NCBI GenBank assembly: GCA_963792585.1 | Contig: CAWBWI010000001.1 | Span: 1,568,001 to 1,632,000 of the forward strand | DNA: 64,000 nt | Source: Candidatus Eiseniibacteriota bacterium | Lineage (GTDB): Bacteria > Eisenbacteria > RBG-16-71-46 > CAIMUX01 > VGJL01 | Direction of reading: 5' to 3' | Shown: in pieces, positions 1-9,636 of the stretch | Numbering within the stretch: the first letter of the stretch is position 1 | How the letters are laid out: every line of letters begins with the position of its first letter | Notes under the pieces: generated by a model | Told to the model about the DNA's origin: nothing | The model's database searches: none | The model's input: the letters and a program-made list of their open reading frames with translations, nothing else | Position numbers and translations under genes: made by a program

Positions 1-2
1 CC

Positions 3-308
3 GCCGGCCTGGAGGGGATGTGCGTGGTCGAGGCGCCCCGCGGCGAGGCGATCCACTACGTTCTCACCGGCGCCGACAACAGGCTCGAGCGCTGGCGCGT
101 GCGGGCGCCGACCTATCCGAACCTGCAGGCGGTCCCCGTGATGATCAAGGGAGCGACGATCGCCGACGTTCCGATTTCGATCGGCAGCTACGACCCCTGC
201 TTCTCGTGCACCGAGAGGATGGAGGTCGTGGACCTGACATCCGGAGCGGTCACGGTCTTCACCTCCGACGAACTCACGCGGCGCTCCAGAGGGGAGGCCC
301 GATCATGA
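3..308 (+). CDS. Group 4 [NiFe]-hydrogenase large subunit, C-terminal part (HycE/HyfG-like; 5' end outside window)
   Basis: EAPRGE, RVRAPTYPN and the C-terminal Ni-binding motif DPCFSCTER, followed by a ~29 aa extension. Neighbours are complex I-like subunits. Confidence 0.92.
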   Translation, partial: AGLEGMCVVEAPRGEAIHYVLTGADNRLERWRVRAPTYPNLQAVPVMIKGATIADVPISIGSYDPCFSCTERMEVVDLTSGAVTVFTSDELTRRSRGEARS

Positions 309-1222
309 TCGCCTCCACGATTCTATTCGGCATCCTGAACGTCCTGCTCTGCCTGATCTGCGGTCCGCTCTTCGAGGGGGTATCCCGAAAGTACGTGAAG
401 GCGAACATCGCCCACGGGCGCAAGGGGCCTCTGACGGGGGCGATGCAACCTTTCTGGGACATCGCGAAGCTGCTCGGGAAGGAAGACCTGGAGACCGGGG
501 GGACGCTCCAGCGGCTGGCACCGATCCTCTGCATGGCATCGGTCCTGACCGCCGCCCTTCTGACACCCGTCGGCGGACGGCCGCCCTTCGAGTTCGCCGG
601 GGACTTCATCGTCCTGCTCTATTTCCTGAGCCTGGCTTCCGTCGCCATCATGCTGGGCGCGATGGCGGGGGGCTCGTCGTACACCATGACCGGTGGGCTA
701 CGGGAGATCATGAGCCTACTGCTCGTCGATCTCGTCGTCGCCGTCTCCTTTCTCACTGTCATGATCAACACCCGCACGCTCCGGATCGGCGACTGGCTCG
801 CCTGGCAGGGATCGATGGGGCCGAGCTTCTCGATGATCCTGGCCATGATCCCGATCCTGCTCATCCTGCCGGCGCAGTTCGGGAAGATCCCGTTCGATGC
901 CCCCGAGGCCGAGCAGGAGTTGATGGGCGGACCCTTCTCTGAGATGTCGGGACGCAAGCTGGCGATCTTCAAGTGGGCGCTGTACGCGAAGCAGTTCGTC
1001 GTGAGCGCCCTCTTCGTGCAGGTATTCGTCCCATGGCCGGTCACCGGCCTCCCGGCAGTTGACATCATCCTGACCCTGGTCAAGATCCTGATCGTCTTCA
1101 TCCTCGTCGGCGTCGTCGAGGTGCTGATGCCGAGGCTCAAGATCAATCAGGCATTGCAGTACTACGCCTCCGTCTTCGTGATCGGCGCGATGGCCATCGT
1201 CATGGCGTACCTGGGCGCGTGA
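305..1222 (+). CDS. Hydrogenase membrane subunit, HycD/HyfC/NuoH family
   Basis: ATG 305 overlaps the previous stop (ATGA). Motifs GRKGP..QPFWDIAKLLGKE and PFDAPEAEQELMGGPFSEMSG; many transmembrane helices. Confidence 0.92.
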   Translation: MIASTILFGILNVLLCLICGPLFEGVSRKYVKANIAHGRKGPLTGAMQPFWDIAKLLGKEDLETGGTLQRLAPILCMASVLTAALLTPVGGRPPFEFAGDFIVLLYFLSLASVAIMLGAMAGGSSYTMTGGLREIMSLLLVDLVVAVSFLTVMINTRTLRIGDWLAWQGSMGPSFSMILAMIPILLILPAQFGKIPFDAPEAEQELMGGPFSEMSGRKLAIFKWALYAKQFVVSALFVQVFVPWPVTGLPAVDIILTLVKILIVFILVGVVEVLMPRLKINQALQYYASVFVIGAMAIVMAYLGA

Positions 1223-1241
1223 GACCGGAAGAGGTGACGCG

Positions 1242-1679
1242 ATGATCGAGAGCAAGTTTCGGGAGCTGATGATCGCCCTGAGGGGCGGCGTGGTGACGAT
1301 GGATTATCCATTGGGACCGGCGCCGCCTCTGCCGGAGCGGTTCCGGGGAAAGCTCGAACTCGAACTCGGCCGCTGCATCGGCTGCGGCGGCTGCGCCGCC
1401 GTCTGCCCCGCCCGGTTGATCGTCCCCCGCGATCCGGATCCCGCCTGGCGCACGATCGACATCTATCGCGAGCGGTGCACTTATTGCGGCCGGTGCGAGG
1501 ACGTATGTCAGGAGGGGGCGATCCGACTCACCCACGAGTTCGAACTGGCCACGAATGACAAGGCGGATTTGACCGATCACCTGCAGGTCTTCATGGCGAC
1601 GTGCGGGCGTTGCGGGCGCTGTTTCAAGCCCGAGGAACCCCTGGACCGGATCCGGACGACCGGCCGGATCACGGTTTAG
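1242..1679 (+). CDS. 2x[4Fe-4S] subunit, HycF/HyfH/NuoI family
   Basis: RFRGKL, CIGCGGCAAVCP, CTYCGRCEDVC, plus a C-terminal CGRCG. Confidence 0.92.
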   Translation: MIESKFRELMIALRGGVVTMDYPLGPAPPLPERFRGKLELELGRCIGCGGCAAVCPARLIVPRDPDPAWRTIDIYRERCTYCGRCEDVCQEGAIRLTHEFELATNDKADLTDHLQVFMATCGRCGRCFKPEEPLDRIRTTGRITV

Positions 1680-1692
1680 GAAGGAGGAGTCG

Positions 1693-2367
1693 ATGGGCCT
1701 GGCGACGGGCGCAAGCGGGTTGGTGGTCACCCTCATGGTGATCCACCTCCTGGCCTCGATGATCGTGGCCGAGATGAAGAACCTGCGGAGTGCGGTCTAT
1801 GCCCTGGTTCTTCAGTCGCTCACCCTCTGCTTCGTGATCCTCCTCCTGGGCTGGGGCAACGGGTGGATGATCGCGTGGTTCTTCTGGGCGGTGGCGACCA
1901 AGGTCTTCTTCCTTCCCTGGCTCTTCCTCAGAACGATGCGGGTTCTCCCCCAGCGTGAAGAGGCGCCGATCACGGGCGGTTGGGTCTCGTTTGCGGTGGT
2001 TGCGGCATCGGTCCTGGTGATCTACCAGCTGCTGCACACCTACCTCGCGACCCTGGTTCCCACGATGGCGACGGCGGCCGAACCCACCCGTTCGAGCCTC
2101 GCGATGGCATTCACGATTTTCGTCCTCGGCATCTACGTTTGCGTGGCGCGGCGGGACCTGGTGAAGGTGATCATCGGCGTGGTGCTCCTGGAAAACGGAG
2201 CCCACCTGGCGCTCATCTCGCTCGTCCCAGGGCGCGCCGAGACGGCGATCCTCGGGATCGCGACGAACGTCGCCCTCTCGGCCTGGCTGCTCCTCTACTT
2301 CGGGCAGGTCATGTACAGGGTGCTCGGGACCACCGATACCCTCAAACTCTCCGAGCTGAAAAGGTAG
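1693..2367 (+). CDS. hyfE: Hydrogenase-4 component E-like membrane subunit
   Basis: Hydrophobic ~224 aa protein with LLENGAHL motif; AAGGAGG RBS; operon context. Confidence 0.8.
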   Translation: MGLATGASGLVVTLMVIHLLASMIVAEMKNLRSAVYALVLQSLTLCFVILLLGWGNGWMIAWFFWAVATKVFFLPWLFLRTMRVLPQREEAPITGGWVSFAVVAASVLVIYQLLHTYLATLVPTMATAAEPTRSSLAMAFTIFVLGIYVCVARRDLVKVIIGVVLLENGAHLALISLVPGRAETAILGIATNVALSAWLLLYFGQVMYRVLGTTDTLKLSELKR

Positions 2368-2374
2368 GTGCGAC

Positions 2375-3904
2375 GTGGCCGCGTCCAACCTGGAAGTCTC
2401 GTTTCTCCCCCTCCTGGTGGTTGCGATCCCGTTGCTCTTCGGCTGCTTGTTGCTCCTGATGCGCCGCAGCGGCGGCAGGTATCACGGCCCGATCGCGTTG
2501 ATCGGCTTGAGCCTGACGTCCGTCGTGGCCCTGGGGATCGTGATCGAGGTCGGCAGGGGGCGCATCCTGACTTTGTGGGGGCAGAACTTCTACGTCGACG
2601 GACTGAGCGCCCTCATGCTGGTTCTCTCTTCGGGAATCGGGCTCGCGGTAGCCGTCTACTCGATCCCGTTCATTCCGACACGGCTTCTCGAGGCAGGCGA
2701 CACGGGCCGCAGGCTGTCGACGTACTACGGGCAGCTCCTGATCTTCCTGGCGATGATGAACTGGACATGCAGCACGAACAACATCGTGATGCTCTACGTG
2801 TCGCTGGAGCTCACGACTCTGGCGACCGCATTCCTTGTCATCTTCTACGGGAAACGCTCGAGTATCGAGGCCGGGTACAAGTACCTGATGCTGGTCACCG
2901 TGGGGATCCTGTGCGCCCTGATGGGCGTCGCGCTCATCTATTCCGCCGCGGCCGGGCTTCCCGGGGCGGAGACCCAGGGTCTTCACCTGCTCTGGATCTC
3001 GGACCTCGCCAAGGTGGCGCCGAAGATGGCCCCGAGCCTGGTCTTGCTCGCGAACGCGTTCCTGATCGCCGGATTCGGCACGAAGGCGGGGCTCGTCCCC
3101 TTCCATGCGTGGCTGCCCGACGCCCACGCCGAGGCCCCCGAACCGATCAGTGCGCTTCTCTCCGGGATCGTGATCAAGGTCGGCGCCTACGCGCTCGCCC
3201 GCACCATCACGATCTTCTCCCCGTCGTTCAACGCAATCGTGATCTTCGTGGCGATCATCGCCTCGGCAAGCATGATCTTCGGGATCCTGATGGCCCTGGT
3301 TCAGGACGACCTGAAGCGGATGCTCGCCTACTCGAGCGTGAGCCAGATCGGCTACATCGTGGAGGGACTCGGCCTCGGAACCTACCTCGGCCTCTACGGA
3401 GGACTCTTCCACCTCGTCAACCACACGCTGATCAAGGCGGAGATCTTCCTCGCCACCGGCGCGATCGTCTACGTCGCCGGAACGCGGAAAATCTCTCAGC
3501 TTGGCGGACTCGGGAGGAGGGCGCCGATCACCGGCGCGTGCTTCCTCGTCGGCGCGCTGGCGATCGGCGGGTTGCCGCCGTTCGGGGCGTTCATGAGCAA
3601 GTTCACGCTCTTCATCGCCGCGGCGGAACGGGGACTGATGTGGGCGGCCGTGATCGCGGTCTTCACGGGGCTCCTGACCGTCGCCTGTTTCGTGCGCGCG
3701 GCCTACAAGATCTTCTGGGGCGAGATCGCCCCGAACAGCGAGATGATCGTCGACGAGGTGGGCGAGGTTCCGCCTCTGATGTGGGGTGCGATGGCCGCGA
3801 TCGCGGTCGTGATCCTCACGCTCGGCGTCTACCCGCGGGTCGCCTATCCACTGCTCGACAATGCGACGCGCTGTATCCTGCGCGTGCTCGGCGGCACGGC
3901 GTAA
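2375..3904 (+). CDS. Proton-translocating antiporter-like subunit (HyfF/NuoM/MrpD family)
   Basis: VDGLS, EAGYKYL, GFGTKAGLVPFHAWLPDAHAEAPEPISALLSG, LKRMLAYSSVSQIGY, GLPPFGAFMSK. Confidence 0.92.
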   Translation: MAASNLEVSFLPLLVVAIPLLFGCLLLLMRRSGGRYHGPIALIGLSLTSVVALGIVIEVGRGRILTLWGQNFYVDGLSALMLVLSSGIGLAVAVYSIPFIPTRLLEAGDTGRRLSTYYGQLLIFLAMMNWTCSTNNIVMLYVSLELTTLATAFLVIFYGKRSSIEAGYKYLMLVTVGILCALMGVALIYSAAAGLPGAETQGLHLLWISDLAKVAPKMAPSLVLLANAFLIAGFGTKAGLVPFHAWLPDAHAEAPEPISALLSGIVIKVGAYALARTITIFSPSFNAIVIFVAIIASASMIFGILMALVQDDLKRMLAYSSVSQIGYIVEGLGLGTYLGLYGGLFHLVNHTLIKAEIFLATGAIVYVAGTRKISQLGGLGRRAPITGACFLVGALAIGGLPPFGAFMSKFTLFIAAAERGLMWAAVIAVFTGLLTVACFVRAAYKIFWGEIAPNSEMIVDEVGEVPPLMWGAMAAIAVVILTLGVYPRVAYPLLDNATRCILRVLGGTA

Positions 3905-3915
3905 GGAGGTGTGCT

Positions 3916-4419
3916 TTGTTCCGGATGCTCTATCAGAAGGCGTTCCCCAAGGCGTTGTGGGCATTCCACGCGAACTGCGGAGCCTGCAACGGATGCGACA
4001 TCGAGGTGATCAACGTGCTCACCCCGTACTATGACGCGGAGCGTTTCGGCATCAAGTTGGTCGCATCTCCCCGTCACGCCGACGTGATCGTCGTCAGTGG
4101 TCCGGTGACCCGGCAGGTCGCCCCCGCCCTGCGCAGGCTCTACGAGGCGACGCCGGATCCGAAGATCGTCCTGGCGGTAGGTTCCTGCGCAGTCGGAGGC
4201 GGGATGTGGTTCGACACCTACGCGACCCTCGGGGGAGTCGACCAGGTGCTCCCCGTCGACTACCACATCCCCGGTTGCCCGCCCCGTCCGGAGGCGATCC
4301 TGCACGGAGTCGCGGTGGCGCTCGGCCTCGCCCCCAAGAAGGTCTCGGGAAAGACGGAGAAGCAGGAACTGATGCCCGATCCGCCCGCGGAGAAGGCGCA
4401 TGGGGGGGCGTCGCGATGA
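3916..4419 (+). CDS. Hydrogenase small subunit, HycG/HyfI/NuoB family
   Basis: NCGACNGCDIE, SPRHAD, GSCAVGGG, IPGCPPRP. TTG 3916 lies 6 nt after AAGGAGG (alternative ATG 3925). Confidence 0.92.
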   Translation: MFRMLYQKAFPKALWAFHANCGACNGCDIEVINVLTPYYDAERFGIKLVASPRHADVIVVSGPVTRQVAPALRRLYEATPDPKIVLAVGSCAVGGGMWFDTYATLGGVDQVLPVDYHIPGCPPRPEAILHGVAVALGLAPKKVSGKTEKQELMPDPPAEKAHGGASR

Positions 4420-5288
4420 GACCACGGATTCCGTGGGTGGTCATGATGGCGATCCCCGGCCTCTTCGGGATCGCCGGTCTGCTCGCGGGCGCCGGGTGCG
4501 GCCACCAGACGTCGTCCCCTCGACCGATCACGGTCAAGGTGATGGTCCTCCCCGACTACTCGCTCAATGTCATGGCCGCGCGGGTCGCGCCGCTCATCGC
4601 GCACCTGCAGAAATCCCTCGGCCCCCGTTACCGGGTCGAGTGGATCTCCTGCCCGTCGCCGGAGGCCTTCATGGCGACAGTGGAAAGGGAACGTCCCGAC
4701 GTGAGCCTGCAGGACGCTTTCCAGACCGCCTGGCTCATCCGCCTGCAGCAGGCCGAACCGATCCTGGGCGTGTTGATGCCCGACGGTGAGGGACGAACCC
4801 GAGGTCTGGTGATCACGGCAGCCGACGGAGACGTGCGCACGCTCGCGGACCTCGCCGGGAAGCGCGTCGCCATTGCCTCGCGGCGATCCTATCTGGGTTA
4901 CATCGCCCAGGCATCCATGATGGAGGCAACCGCGAACGTCCACGCCGGGTCGATCCACTTCGTGCCGGTTCGCTGGTCGGACCGGGTCGGGACCTGCATG
5001 GAACAGGGACGGGTCGAGGCGGGGTTCGTTTCCGAAGCGGACCTGGTCCCCCGCGCGCGCGTCCTGGCGCGGACCGAGCCGGTCCCCGCGTCCTGCGTCG
5101 CCACCTTTCCTCACACATCCGGGGAAGTCGCCGACGGCGTGAGACGGGCGCTGCAGGAGTTGGGCACGGGAGGGGTGGAGAACATCTCCGTCCTGCGGGG
5201 GCTCGGCATCCGAGGGTTCACGCCGATCGATGCTCAAGAGCGCGCGACGATCGTCCGTCTCGCCGAGAACGCGTCCGTTCCCTACTGA
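4416..5288 (+). CDS. PhnD/SsuA-type periplasmic substrate-binding lipoprotein
   Basis: Signal peptide ending LAGAGC; 'TLADLAGKRVAIASRRSYLGY' and 'VLARTEPVP' are typical of PhnD-like binding proteins. ATGA overlap with the upstream gene. Confidence 0.75.
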   Translation: MRPRIPWVVMMAIPGLFGIAGLLAGAGCGHQTSSPRPITVKVMVLPDYSLNVMAARVAPLIAHLQKSLGPRYRVEWISCPSPEAFMATVERERPDVSLQDAFQTAWLIRLQQAEPILGVLMPDGEGRTRGLVITAADGDVRTLADLAGKRVAIASRRSYLGYIAQASMMEATANVHAGSIHFVPVRWSDRVGTCMEQGRVEAGFVSEADLVPRARVLARTEPVPASCVATFPHTSGEVADGVRRALQELGTGGVENISVLRGLGIRGFTPIDAQERATIVRLAENASVPY

Positions 5289-5310
5289 GGACGGACGGGA
5301 GGATACCGTC

Positions 5311-5721
5311 ATGGCCGAAGGAGCGAAGATCCTGGTGATCGAGGATGACCCCGACTACCGCGCGGTGCTCGAGGAGATCCTCACGTCGGGCGGATATCGC
5401 GTCGTGACCGCATCCTCGGGAGAGGAAGGACTCCGGCGCGTCATGGAAGAGCGCCCCGACCTGATCATTCTCGACGTCATGATGGAGCGGACGATCAGCG
5501 GTTTCGAGGTGGCCAAGAAGATCAAGAACCTCTCGCCCGGCTCGCCGTATGCGGAGTTCGCACGCGTGCCGATCCTGATCCTGACCGCGATCCACCAGTC
5601 GACGATCTTCCGATTCCAGCCCGATGACGACTTCCTCCCCGTCGAGGCCTTCATGGAAAAGCCCCCCATCCGCGGCGAGGTCCTGAAGCAGGTGCGCGCC
5701 CTGCTGGCCGCTCCCCGATAG
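5311..5721 (+). CDS. Single-domain response regulator (receiver)
   Basis: KILVIEDD, PDLIILDVMM, ILILTA, FMEKP; GGAGG RBS. Confidence 0.9.
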   Translation: MAEGAKILVIEDDPDYRAVLEEILTSGGYRVVTASSGEEGLRRVMEERPDLIILDVMMERTISGFEVAKKIKNLSPGSPYAEFARVPILILTAIHQSTIFRFQPDDDFLPVEAFMEKPPIRGEVLKQVRALLAAPR

Positions 5722-5729
5722 AGGGAACG

Positions 5730-7091
5730 ATGCACCGCATTCTCCCGGTCGAGCAGGCGCTCCTGGACCGGGCACGATGGCTGATTCGATTGCGCTGGAT
5801 CGCGGCCATCGGCGCGGCCGCGATGATCTACATCTGCGTCGCCGTGTTTCATCTTCAACTTCCACGCGTCCCGCTCACCCTCACCGTCCTGTGGATCACC
5901 GCATACAATACGTTCTTCGCACTCCAGCATCGTCGCGACGGGCCTCCACCGCTGGAGTACCTCTCCCCCTATCGATCGATCCTCCGCTCGTTCAATGCGC
6001 AAATCGCCCTAGACTGGACCGCCCTCGCGCTCCTCCTGCACTATTCGGGAGGCCTCGAGAACCCCTTCATCCTGTACTTCATCTTCCACGCGATCCTGGC
6101 CAGCATGCTCCTCCCCCGCCGCGCCTGCTTCGTGCACGCCACGCTCGCGATCCTCCTCGTGAGCGCGATGGGGATCGCCGAGTTCTACGGCAGCATCCCT
6201 CATGTGTCCCTGTTCAACGGCCCGGTCATCGGCACGCCGCTTCTGCTCTATGGGGAGCTCTTCGCCTTCGCAACGACCATCATGATCGCCGTATTCCTGA
6301 CCTCGGAGATCTCCTCGCTCCTGCGCAAGCGCGAGGAGGAGATGGCGATGCTCGAAGAGTCGCTTCGACAGGCGAATGAGGCCCTGATGGACAACGATCG
6401 GATTCGATCGGAGTACGTCCTTCGCGTGTCCCATGACCTTCAGTCTCCACTCGCGGCGTCGTACAGCATGCTTGATCTCGTCCTGACGACGATGTCGGAG
6501 ACGATGTCCGAGAAGGCGCGCGACTTCATCGGGCGGAGCCTCGAACGCCTCCAGGCCCTCCTTCGCTTCGCGCGCGGGATCCACGAGATCTCCCGGATCC
6601 GCGCCGCACGTTCGCTCGCCAGTGAGCCGCTCGGGCTGCGATCGGTCGTACAGGCCGCCACGGAGGAGGTGCTGTCGCAGCCGCGCGATCGGAAGGTCGA
6701 CCTGACGATCGATGTTCCCCCGACCGTCTCGTTCGTCCTCGGTGACCGGAACCACCTGCGGACGGCGCTCGTGGAATTGATTGCCAACGCCGCCCAGTAC
6801 GCGGCGGTGGCCGTGCGGATCACGGTTCGGGCCCGGGTGGTCGACGGTTCTGTGGAGGTCGAGGTCGAGGACACGGGAATCGGCATTCCCGCCGAGGAGA
6901 TTCCACGGATCTTCGAGGAATTCTATCGGGGCAATCTGGCGAAGGAACTGCAGCCCCGCGGCTGGGGGCTCGGGCTTACATTGGTCAAGCTGATCGTCGA
7001 CCGCCACAACGGGACGATCCGCGTGGCGAGCGAACCGGGGCAGGGTACGCGCGTCTCATTCACCCTGCCCGCGTTTCGAAACGGCGGCTGA
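5730..7091 (+). CDS. Membrane sensor histidine kinase
   Basis: N-terminal multi-TM region; H-box SHDLQSPL, N-box ELIANA, DTGIG, IFEEF, GWGLGL. Confidence 0.92.
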   Translation: MHRILPVEQALLDRARWLIRLRWIAAIGAAAMIYICVAVFHLQLPRVPLTLTVLWITAYNTFFALQHRRDGPPPLEYLSPYRSILRSFNAQIALDWTALALLLHYSGGLENPFILYFIFHAILASMLLPRRACFVHATLAILLVSAMGIAEFYGSIPHVSLFNGPVIGTPLLLYGELFAFATTIMIAVFLTSEISSLLRKREEEMAMLEESLRQANEALMDNDRIRSEYVLRVSHDLQSPLAASYSMLDLVLTTMSETMSEKARDFIGRSLERLQALLRFARGIHEISRIRAARSLASEPLGLRSVVQAATEEVLSQPRDRKVDLTIDVPPTVSFVLGDRNHLRTALVELIANAAQYAAVAVRITVRARVVDGSVEVEVEDTGIGIPAEEIPRIFEEFYRGNLAKELQPRGWGLGLTLVKLIVDRHNGTIRVASEPGQGTRVSFTLPAFRNGG

Positions 7092-7100
7092 ACCGAATCC

Positions 7101-8864
7101 CTAGCGGATCTGCAAAACCTTCTCCGCCCCACCGCCTCCCGCAACACGGATCAGATAGAGCCCCGGTGGAACGGAGCGACCTTCCGCGTCGCGCCCGTCC
7201 CATAGCGCGCCCGTCGATCCCGGGCTGAGAGGCAGCGCGCGTACCCGCCTACCGCTCGGATCGATGATCTCGATCGTCGTCGCGCGCGAGACGGGGGCAT
7301 CGAAATCGATCCTGACCTCGCCCGCCGCGGGATTGGGTCGGATCCGAAGCGGGGCGCCGCTCGATACGGGAGGATCCTCCGCCTCCGAAGGTCGCAAGGG
7401 CAGTGTCTCCTGCCGCTGGCAGAAGTGACTGACGCCGATGAACGGATGCTGGAGCACGTCGTTGATCTCCCCGCTGGGATTCCCGATCCAGAGTGTGAAG
7501 ATGAGGCGATCGTCGTCGGCTGTCCCGGCCACGTCGGCCAACCCCGCCGGGTAGCCCGGCGCCTCCGCCGGCAGCGAGGGCAGGGCGAAGCCGCGCAGCC
7601 CGGCCGGAATCGCGATCTTCCAGAGATTCTGCACCTGAACGGTCGTGTCGGTGGGCTCGGTCGGACCTAGCCTGATCGTGGCCAATGCCCATGTCGGGGC
7701 CGGCTCCGTCCCGCCATGGACGGTGTTCCAGGCAAATCGCGCCCCGGACCGGGTCACGACCGGAAGATCGTATAGGTCGCCGATCGTCTTCGTCGCCGGC
7801 AAGGTGATGGGTGTGCGATCGATCTTCCCCGTGCCGAACGCCTGGTAGGCGGACGAGTCCTGCCAGCCGCCCGCGCAGAACGGGACGGCATCGATCATGT
7901 CGCCGGACGGCGCGAGCGAGACCAAGGGAACCGAGTCGGACTCATCGGCGAGCACCCAGTCGATGTCGTAACCCACGACCATCTCGCTGCCATCCTGCAT
8001 GCCCAGGCTGCCCAGGCTCGTGCCGGTGACCCTCGCGCCGTTCGGAGCACCGAGGACGCGCACGGTCAGCCGGTTGGAGAGGCTGTTGAAGTCGGAATTA
8101 ATGTCGAGATCGAGGCCGTTGCCGACCGCGCGGTCGCGCTCGGCGCCGAACTCCCGGACCTGCGCCGCGTGGATCAGATCGCCGCCCGGCGGCGGGTTGA
8201 TCAGGGCGTCGACGGGAACTCGGGCGGTGACGGCATAGAGATCCTGCGTGGTTTGCGCCGGCAAATCGATATTGTAAATGGGTTTCGAGATCGTGACGAA
8301 TTCCTGCTGCGTGGGGATGGAGATGTTGCCCGGAAGCGCGACCCAACCCACGAGGGGTACGTTCATCGAATCCGGAGGCGCGAAGTATGGAACGCTTCCC
8401 CCGCCGAGGAACTGATCCACGGAGACCGATGGCAGAACGATGGCGACATCGAGGTTGCCGTCATTGGGGTCGGTGGAGATGTTGGTGACCCTGCCGGTGA
8501 CACGCGCCGCCGGACCGTAGAGCGTCGTGTCGGGAATGAGCGGATAGAGCGGGACCTGCAGGGAGGCCTCGGCCGTCTCGATCACGGCCGAGTAGCCGTA
8601 GGTCGAAGCGCCTGCCGTGACCGTCTGCGGGCCGACGATCGCCGGGTGTTGAAAGACGATGGTTCCTGTCGGCGGGGTGATCCCCGTGTTGCCCGGGAAC
8701 GGGATTCCCTTTCCCGGACCGACCATGACGAACGCGCCGGAAATCGGCTGCCGGCTCCGTGCGTCGATCACGGTCACCTGGATGGTGCCCGAATGGACGG
8801 CCGAAGTGACGGACGCCAGCAGCAGGAGCGACAACGCGACGCGGCGAATCGTCCGGTGGGTCAT
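7101..8864 (-). CDS. Secreted protein of unknown function with C-terminal FlgD-Ig/T9SS-like domain
   Basis: GGAGG RBS and signal peptide MTHRTIRRVALSLLLLASVTSAVHS. C-terminus PNP...IDPSGRRVRAL...WDGRDAEGRSVPPGLYLIRV. Confidence 0.8.
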   Translation of the reverse strand: MTHRTIRRVALSLLLLASVTSAVHSGTIQVTVIDARSRQPISGAFVMVGPGKGIPFPGNTGITPPTGTIVFQHPAIVGPQTVTAGASTYGYSAVIETAEASLQVPLYPLIPDTTLYGPAARVTGRVTNISTDPNDGNLDVAIVLPSVSVDQFLGGGSVPYFAPPDSMNVPLVGWVALPGNISIPTQQEFVTISKPIYNIDLPAQTTQDLYAVTARVPVDALINPPPGGDLIHAAQVREFGAERDRAVGNGLDLDINSDFNSLSNRLTVRVLGAPNGARVTGTSLGSLGMQDGSEMVVGYDIDWVLADESDSVPLVSLAPSGDMIDAVPFCAGGWQDSSAYQAFGTGKIDRTPITLPATKTIGDLYDLPVVTRSGARFAWNTVHGGTEPAPTWALATIRLGPTEPTDTTVQVQNLWKIAIPAGLRGFALPSLPAEAPGYPAGLADVAGTADDDRLIFTLWIGNPSGEINDVLQHPFIGVSHFCQRQETLPLRPSEAEDPPVSSGAPLRIRPNPAAGEVRIDFDAPVSRATTIEIIDPSGRRVRALPLSPGSTGALWDGRDAEGRSVPPGLYLIRVAGGGGAEKVLQIR

Positions 8865-8988
8865 GATGGGTATCCTCCAGGCCCGGGCGGGCCGATGCAT
8901 GCGGACGGTGGGGGCGTCGGTCCCCCGGTCACTCGGCACACGGTATTCTACGGGGCGCTCGGCTGTGGAGGCCAGTCGATTTCCGGAC

Positions 8989-9636
8989 TCAGCGGGCCTG
9001 GGGCCGACGCGCGATCAGATTCGCGAAGGAGACGTACTGCGCCCGTCGGGGGCTGTAGACGATCGACTCCCCGTATTCGAGCAGCGTCCACTCGCGGTAG
9101 AGGTGCTTCAGCTCCCGGTGGTCGAGGCAGTAGACATCCTGATCCCGCCTCCAGTCGACTTCCTCGCGCGTGAACATCCCGATCACGTTCCATCCGCCGG
9201 GGCGCGTGTGGGATCGGATCTCCCCCAGCACCCGACGAGCGTCGTCGCCCACGAATTGAACCGAGTTGTTCGCAAAGACGACGTCGTACTCGCCGTTCCA
9301 GTCGAAGCGTCCGAGATCCCCTTCCGCAACCTTCGCGGAGAGGCCGGCCTGATCGATCGCGCGGCGGGTCCGCTCGACGCCCATTGGCGAGCCGTCGATC
9401 GCCTCGACCTCGAAACCGAGGCCGGCGAAGAAGGCGACATCCCGCCCTTCTCCGCATCCGAGATCGAGCAGTCTGCCTACGGTCGGGATCTCCATCAGAC
9501 GGAAGAAGTGCAGCAGCCGGCGGGCGAGGGTGCTCGGCTCGTCTCCGAAGAACCAACCCGGCTCGTGCTCACGGAAGCTCTCCTCCCAGAAGCGGGCGCC
9601 CTTCGGAATCGAGCCGGCATCACGCGGCGCGTCCAT
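8989..9636 (-). CDS. Class I SAM-dependent methyltransferase (TehB-like)
   Basis: LLDLGCGEGRD motif I, EAIDGS, HTRPGGWNVI. TGATG coupling to the upstream gene. Confidence 0.85.
   Translation of the reverse strand: MDAPRDAGSIPKGARFWEESFREHEPGWFFGDEPSTLARRLLHFFRLMEIPTVGRLLDLGCGEGRDVAFFAGLGFEVEAIDGSPMGVERTRRAIDQAGLSAKVAEGDLGRFDWNGEYDVVFANNSVQFVGDDARRVLGEIRSHTRPGGWNVIGMFTREEVDWRRDQDVYCLDHRELKHLYREWTLLEYGESIVYSPRRAQYVSFANLIARRPQAR

Noticed and set aside
20..304. N-terminal extension of ORF 20..1222
   Set aside because: It overlaps the hydrogenase large subunit in another frame. The HycD-like protein starts at ATG 305.
2368..3915. 683-aa ORF suggesting a long N-terminal fusion on the small subunit
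   Set aside because: The Arg-rich off-frame read-through overlaps the antiporter-like gene. The RBS supports a start at 3916 or 3925.
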